From Escherichia coli (GTDB taxonomy: Bacteria; Pseudomonadota; Gammaproteobacteria; Enterobacterales; Enterobacteriaceae), in NCBI RefSeq assembly GCF_003334765.1, contig NZ_QOWT01000075.1: DNA of 1,983 bases; one strand, given 5' to 3'. Below the pieces are notes generated by a model. The model was not told the DNA's origin and did not search any database. It saw only the letters and a program-made list of their open reading frames with translations. Numbering within the stretch: the first letter of the stretch is position 1; the number at the start of each line of letters is the position of its first letter. The position numbers were made by a program, and so were the translations under genes. Below, in pieces: positions 1 through 1,983 of this stretch.

Positions 1-225
1 GCTCTGTATCACTGTATTGTCTTCCGGCAACTGATGAGGGCTGGCAGAAGTCGCCGGTGTTTCGGTAGCGTCACGTTCATTCACCACGCGGAGTGAATAA
101 CCGTTTTCAGCGACTTTGTTAATCAGTTCAGCGAGCTCAATACCATCGACGTCAACGACAATGCGCCCCATGTTCAGCGCCTGCGCATTAATGCTGTCGG
201 CTTCCAGCGTCAGGGCCAGTTTCAT
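1..225 (-). CDS. yeeW: YeeW-like protein, 5' portion only (75 codons; continues beyond window start)
   Basis: Manual minus-strand translation from ATG at 225..223 gives MKLALTLEADSINAQALNMGRIVVDVDGIELAELINKVAENGYSLRVVNERDATETPATSASPHQLPEDNTVIQS with no stop up to position 1. N-terminus matches my recollection of E. coli YeeW. The ATG overlaps the toxin stop as ATGA (222..225). Possible SD GGGGG about 9 nt upstream. Not in the ORF track, presumably because it is truncated by the window edge. Confidence 0.7.
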   Translation of the reverse strand, partial: MKLALTLEADSINAQALNMGRIVVDVDGIELAELINKVAENGYSLRVVNERDATETPATSASPHQLPEDNTVIQS

Positions 226-599
226 TGTTTCGCCCCCGGATGTTTACCCAGGGTAATGTTATTTACCGTTCTGTAGTTGTCGCGTGTCATCAGGCCGGTT
301 GCCCGGCGTGCCCGGAGAATATCAATGCTGTTGATTAACTGCGACGGGGCTCCTGCGCTGAATCCCGGCTGGTCGGTACGTACCAGCGCGTATTTTTCAA
401 CGAGAAAGTTCACCGCGTCACACAGTGAAATCCCTGCCTCAATATGCTGCTCAATCACACGTTCATCAGCGAACGGTGTGTCATTCAGCGTGAGGCCATA
501 GTGCTGGTCCAGCAGTCGGGTGAGCAGTGTCTGCCAGATGGTGATGGGAGACGGGCAGCCCGATGCCTCCCGTACGTGAGTGTCGGGTAATGTATTCAT
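222..599 (-). CDS. cbtA: Type IV toxin, CbtA/YeeV/YkfI/YpjF family (inhibitor of FtsZ and MreB polymerisation)
   Basis: ORF-track protein from the internal Met: MNTLPDTHVREASGCPSPITIWQTLLTRLLDQHYGLTLNDTPFADERVIEQHIEAGISLCDAVNFLVEKYALVRTDQPGFSAGAPSQLINSIDILRARRATGLMTRDNYRTVNNITLGKHPGAKQ (125 aa), close to recalled E. coli CbtA/YkfI over most of its length. Start chosen at ATG 599..597, which sits after the antitoxin stop with a weak SD (AGAGAA); the track's 160-aa version begins at a GTG at 704 inside the antitoxin gene. Stop TGA at 222..224. Confidence 0.88.
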   Translation of the reverse strand: MNTLPDTHVREASGCPSPITIWQTLLTRLLDQHYGLTLNDTPFADERVIEQHIEAGISLCDAVNFLVEKYALVRTDQPGFSAGAPSQLINSIDILRARRATGLMTRDNYRTVNNITLGKHPGAKQ

Positions 600-645
600 C
601 TTAAGTTCTCTGTAACAGGTGGTTATAAAGGGGAGATATCCGGTG

Positions 646-1023
646 TTATACGGTGGTTGCGGGCGCTGCCGGTGTCGGATAAACAGCCAGATAAACGTAA
701 CCACAGGAGCCGAGGGTGTCGGCTTCGCAGGTCAGCCCTTTCGCATACAGTGTCACGGTATGCTGATGGCGGGGATTCAGTTCACCACTGGTGAGCATGA
801 GCTCCAGTTGTTTCATCAGCAGCGGAAAGGCCTGGTCCAGGTGGTATGCATCTGCATCGCTGAACCGGCCTCTGATACCGGCGCGGTCGGCAAGGTAATG
901 CAACCGGTTACCCTTCTGCACCAGACGTGCCCCGAAACAGGGCGTCACGGTGCAGGGCAGTCCCCACCAGAGGCGGTCGTGATTGTCGTCGGGAGGCGTT
1001 GTCCCGGGGAGTGTGTCTGACAC
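646..1023 (-). CDS. cbeA: Type IV antitoxin, CbeA/YeeU/YfjZ/YafW family
   Basis: 125-aa translation MSDTLPGTTPPDDNHDRLWWGLPCTVTPCFGARLVQKGNRLHYLADRAGIRGRFSDADAYHLDQAFPLLMKQLELMLTSGELNPRHQHTVTLYAKGLTCEADTLGSCGYVYLAVYPTPAAPATTV matches recalled YeeU/CbeA closely. Start codon is GTG (plus 1021..1023 is cac), preceded by GAGGA at 1031..1035. Stop TAA at 646..648. Lies directly upstream of the toxin, as expected for this pair. Confidence 0.88.
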   Translation of the reverse strand: MSDTLPGTTPPDDNHDRLWWGLPCTVTPCFGARLVQKGNRLHYLADRAGIRGRFSDADAYHLDQAFPLLMKQLELMLTSGELNPRHQHTVTLYAKGLTCEADTLGSCGYVYLAVYPTPAAPATTV

Positions 1024-1030
1024 GATAAAG

Positions 1031-1035
1031 TCCTC
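1031..1035 (-). promoter_or_regulatory. Shine-Dalgarno GAGGA for the GTG-initiated antitoxin gene
   Basis: Plus 1031..1035 is tcctc, i.e. GAGGA on the minus strand, about 7 nt upstream of GTG at 1023..1021. Confidence 0.6.
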
Positions 1036-1072
1036 ACAGAAAATCGGTTAAGAATGGTCCGGTAGTGGCGAT

Positions 1073-1091
1073 AATTCTGCTCATCAGAATT
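1073..1091. repeat. Perfect 7-bp inverted repeat with 5-nt loop (AATTCTG ctcat CAGAATT) in the yeeT-cbeA intergenic region
   Basis: Read directly from plus 1073..1091. It sits about 50-70 nt upstream of the antitoxin start. No U-tract follows on the transcribed strand, so it is not a classic intrinsic terminator. Confidence 0.6.
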
Positions 1092-1102
1092 CCCTTCCAG
1101 AC

Positions 1103-1324
1103 TCAGTTCAGGGTGACGCTCATCAGCCGGACATACGGACCAAAACTGTCCTTACGGCGTTCTGCAAACACAGCCAGTACACCGGGAATATCCTGCACTT
1201 CACGGCCGGTATATGTATCCGTGCTACCGTGCCAGCGGTATTTACCGGTACAGAACGGAAAAAGACGGGATGCAGGATGCTGACGGTGAATACGCATGGC
1301 TTCACCACGGGTGATGATTTTCAT
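1103..1324 (-). CDS. yeeT: DUF987-family small protein (YeeT/YpjJ/YkfH-like), function unknown
   Basis: 73-aa translation MKIITRGEAMRIHRQHPASRLFPFCTGKYRWHGSTDTYTGREVQDIPGVLAVFAERRKDSFGPYVRLMSVTLN matches recalled E. coli YeeT. ATG at 1324..1322 with a canonical AGGAGG SD at 1334..1339 (9-nt spacer). Stop TGA at 1103..1105. Conserved position between the RadC-like gene and the antitoxin. Confidence 0.85.
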   Translation of the reverse strand: MKIITRGEAMRIHRQHPASRLFPFCTGKYRWHGSTDTYTGREVQDIPGVLAVFAERRKDSFGPYVRLMSVTLN

Positions 1325-1333
1325 GAGAATAGT

Positions 1334-1339
1334 CCTCCT
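1334..1339 (-). promoter_or_regulatory. Shine-Dalgarno AGGAGG for yeeT
   Basis: Plus 1334..1339 is cctcct, i.e. AGGAGG on the minus strand, 9 nt upstream of the yeeT ATG. Confidence 0.75.
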
Positions 1340-1396
1340 GAATGTGAAAGTAAGAAACAGCTGAGAAAGAGAAACTGAAGTGATATGAAGGTGATT

Positions 1397-1408
1397 GTGA
1401 CGGTGACG
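1397..1408. repeat. Tandem hexamer GTGACG x2 (minus strand CGTCAC CGTCAC) just downstream of the RadC-like stop
   Basis: Plus 1397..1408 is gtgacggtgacg. On the minus strand TCAC recurs four times within about 30 nt (CGTCACCGTCACAATCACCTTCATATCAC). Confidence 0.5.
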
Positions 1409-1410
1409 GG

Positions 1411-1887
1411 TTAAAGCAGACCGTGTTCCGCAAAGGAGAAAACCTGGCTGCCACCGACTATCAGATGGTCCGGTACCCGGATATCAACCAGGGCCAGTGC
1501 CTGTACCAGACGCTCAGTGATAAGGCGGTCTGCCTTGCTGGGGGGGACTTCACCGGACGGGTGATTGTGCGCCAGCACCACGGCAGCGGCATTGTGGTAC
1601 AGGGCGCGTTTAATCACTTCCCGGGGATGGACTTCCGTACGGTTGATGGTGCCGGTGAAGAGGGTTTCACCGGCAATCAGCTGATTCTGGTTGTTCAGAT
1701 ACAGCACCCGGAACTCTTCACGCTCCAGTCCCGCCATGTTCAGAATCAGCCATTCCCGTGCCGCATGCGTGGAGGTGAAGGCCACGCCGGGTTCATGAAG
1801 ATGGCGGTCCAGGGTTTTCAGGGCCCGCTGAATGAGGCTGCGCTCGCCGGGTGTCATCTCTCCGGGCAGAAAGGAAAGTTGTTGCAT
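1411..1887 (-). CDS. yeeS: RadC-like JAB/JAMM-domain protein (YeeS/YfjY/YkfG family; historically mislabelled DNA repair protein RadC)
   Basis: Translation MQQLSFLPGEMTPGERSLIQRALKTLDRHLHEPGVAFTSTHAAREWLILNMAGLEREEFRVLYLNNQNQLIAGETLFTGTINRTEVHPREVIKRALYHNAAAVVLAHNHPSGEVPPSKADRLITERLVQALALVDIRVPDHLIVGGSQVFSFAEHGLL (158 aa) contains the JAMM signature H-x-H-x7-S-x2-D (HNHPSGEVPPSKAD, encoded at 1528..1569). Start set at ATG 1887..1885, which has GGAGAG 9 nt upstream; the track's longer ORF starts at ATG 1902..1900, which has no SD and abuts the upstream stop. Stop TAA at 1411..1413. Confidence 0.88.
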   Translation of the reverse strand: MQQLSFLPGEMTPGERSLIQRALKTLDRHLHEPGVAFTSTHAAREWLILNMAGLEREEFRVLYLNNQNQLIAGETLFTGTINRTEVHPREVIKRALYHNAAAVVLAHNHPSGEVPPSKADRLITERLVQALALVDIRVPDHLIVGGSQVFSFAEHGLL

Positions 1888-1894
1888 TGTGCTT

Positions 1895-1900
1895 CTCTCC
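1895..1900 (-). promoter_or_regulatory. Shine-Dalgarno GGAGAG for the RadC-like gene, lying within the first-ATG codons
   Basis: Minus strand reads TGA ATG GAG AGA AGC ACA ATG; GGAGAG sits 9 nt upstream of the ATG at 1887. Confidence 0.55.
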
Positions 1901-1902
1901 AT

Positions 1903-1983
1903 TCAATCGATGATGCGCATAATGGCGCTGCATTCCGGATGCTGCAGGGCGTAATCCCGCAGCCGGTAATAATGGACCGTCAT
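1903..1983 (-). CDS. 3' end of upstream gene (26 codons plus stop); possibly a KlcA/ArdB-family antirestriction protein (YfjX/YafX-like) by synteny
   Basis: Minus-strand frame reads ...MTVHYYRLRDYALQHPECSAIMRIID then TGA at 1905..1903, with no internal stop back to the window edge. In CP4-57 and CP4-6 type cassettes the gene immediately upstream of the RadC-like gene is an antirestriction protein, but in CP4-44 it is yeeR, so the product is uncertain. Confidence is for a real coding 3' end, not for the product. Confidence 0.5.
   Translation of the reverse strand: MTVHYYRLRDYALQHPECSAIMRIID

Noticed and set aside
277-501. Plus-strand 74-aa ORF antisense to the toxin gene
   Set aside because: Entirely inside the CbtA-like CDS on the opposite strand; Arg-rich low-complexity translation and no recognisable ribosome-binding site.
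222-704. 160-aa N-terminally extended version of the toxin ORF
   Set aside because: The extension starts at a GTG inside the antitoxin gene, would overlap its last 59 bp, and adds 35 residues not seen in the toxin family as I recall it. The internal ATG at 599 follows the antitoxin stop and gives a family-typical 125-aa protein.
619-1020. Plus-strand 133-aa ORF fully antisense to the antitoxin gene
   Set aside because: It overlaps a strongly supported minus-strand gene, starts at GTG with no SD, and translates to a Cys/Arg/Gly-rich low-complexity product typical of antisense frames in GC-rich coding sequence.
1073-1091. Hairpin as a rho-independent terminator between yeeT and the antitoxin
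   Set aside because: On the transcribed minus strand the stem is followed by AUCGCCACUACC, not a U-tract, and the stem is AT-rich and short.
1065-1283. Plus-strand 72-aa ORF, and the alternative minus-strand 61-aa ORF at 1123..1308, both overlapping yeeT
   Set aside because: Both are alternative frames over the YeeT-like CDS, which has a canonical AGGAGG site and a family match; neither alternative has either.
1411-1902. 163-aa version of the RadC-like ORF starting at the first ATG
   Set aside because: The ATG at 1902 has no SD and directly abuts the upstream stop, whereas the ATG at 1887 has GGAGAG at good spacing and gives the N-terminus MQQLSFLPGE as I recall it for this family. Not fully excluded; see the finding on start ambiguity.
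1-1983. Mobile-element boundaries, CRISPR array or RNA genes
   Set aside because: No terminal inverted repeats, transposase or integrase ORF, repeat-spacer periodicity, or tRNA/rRNA-like sequence is visible; the window is internal to the cassette and nearly fully coding on one strand.

Overview
The window is a slice of a well-known Enterobacteriaceae prophage/genomic-island accessory cassette (the E. coli CP4-44 / CP4-57 / CP4-6 type), not an obviously new system. All supported genes are on the minus strand, in this order along that strand: 3' end of an upstream gene (1903..1983, possibly a KlcA/ArdB-type antirestriction gene), a RadC-like JAB-domain gene (YeeS/YfjY/YkfG family, 1411..1887), a small DUF987 gene (YeeT family, 1103..1324), the type IV antitoxin CbeA/YeeU (646..1023, GTG start), the cytoskeleton-targeting toxin CbtA/YeeV (222..599), and the 5' part of a YeeW-like gene (1..225, runs off the window). 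Family assignments rest on my recall of the E. coli K-12 proteins, not on a search. The plus-strand ORFs in the track are antisense to these genes and are judged spurious. No tRNA, rRNA, CRISPR array, IS element or terminal inverted repeats are visible. The TA pair is characterised; the open questions are the functions of the RadC-like/DUF987/YeeW genes that travel with it and two short repeat-bearing intergenic regions.
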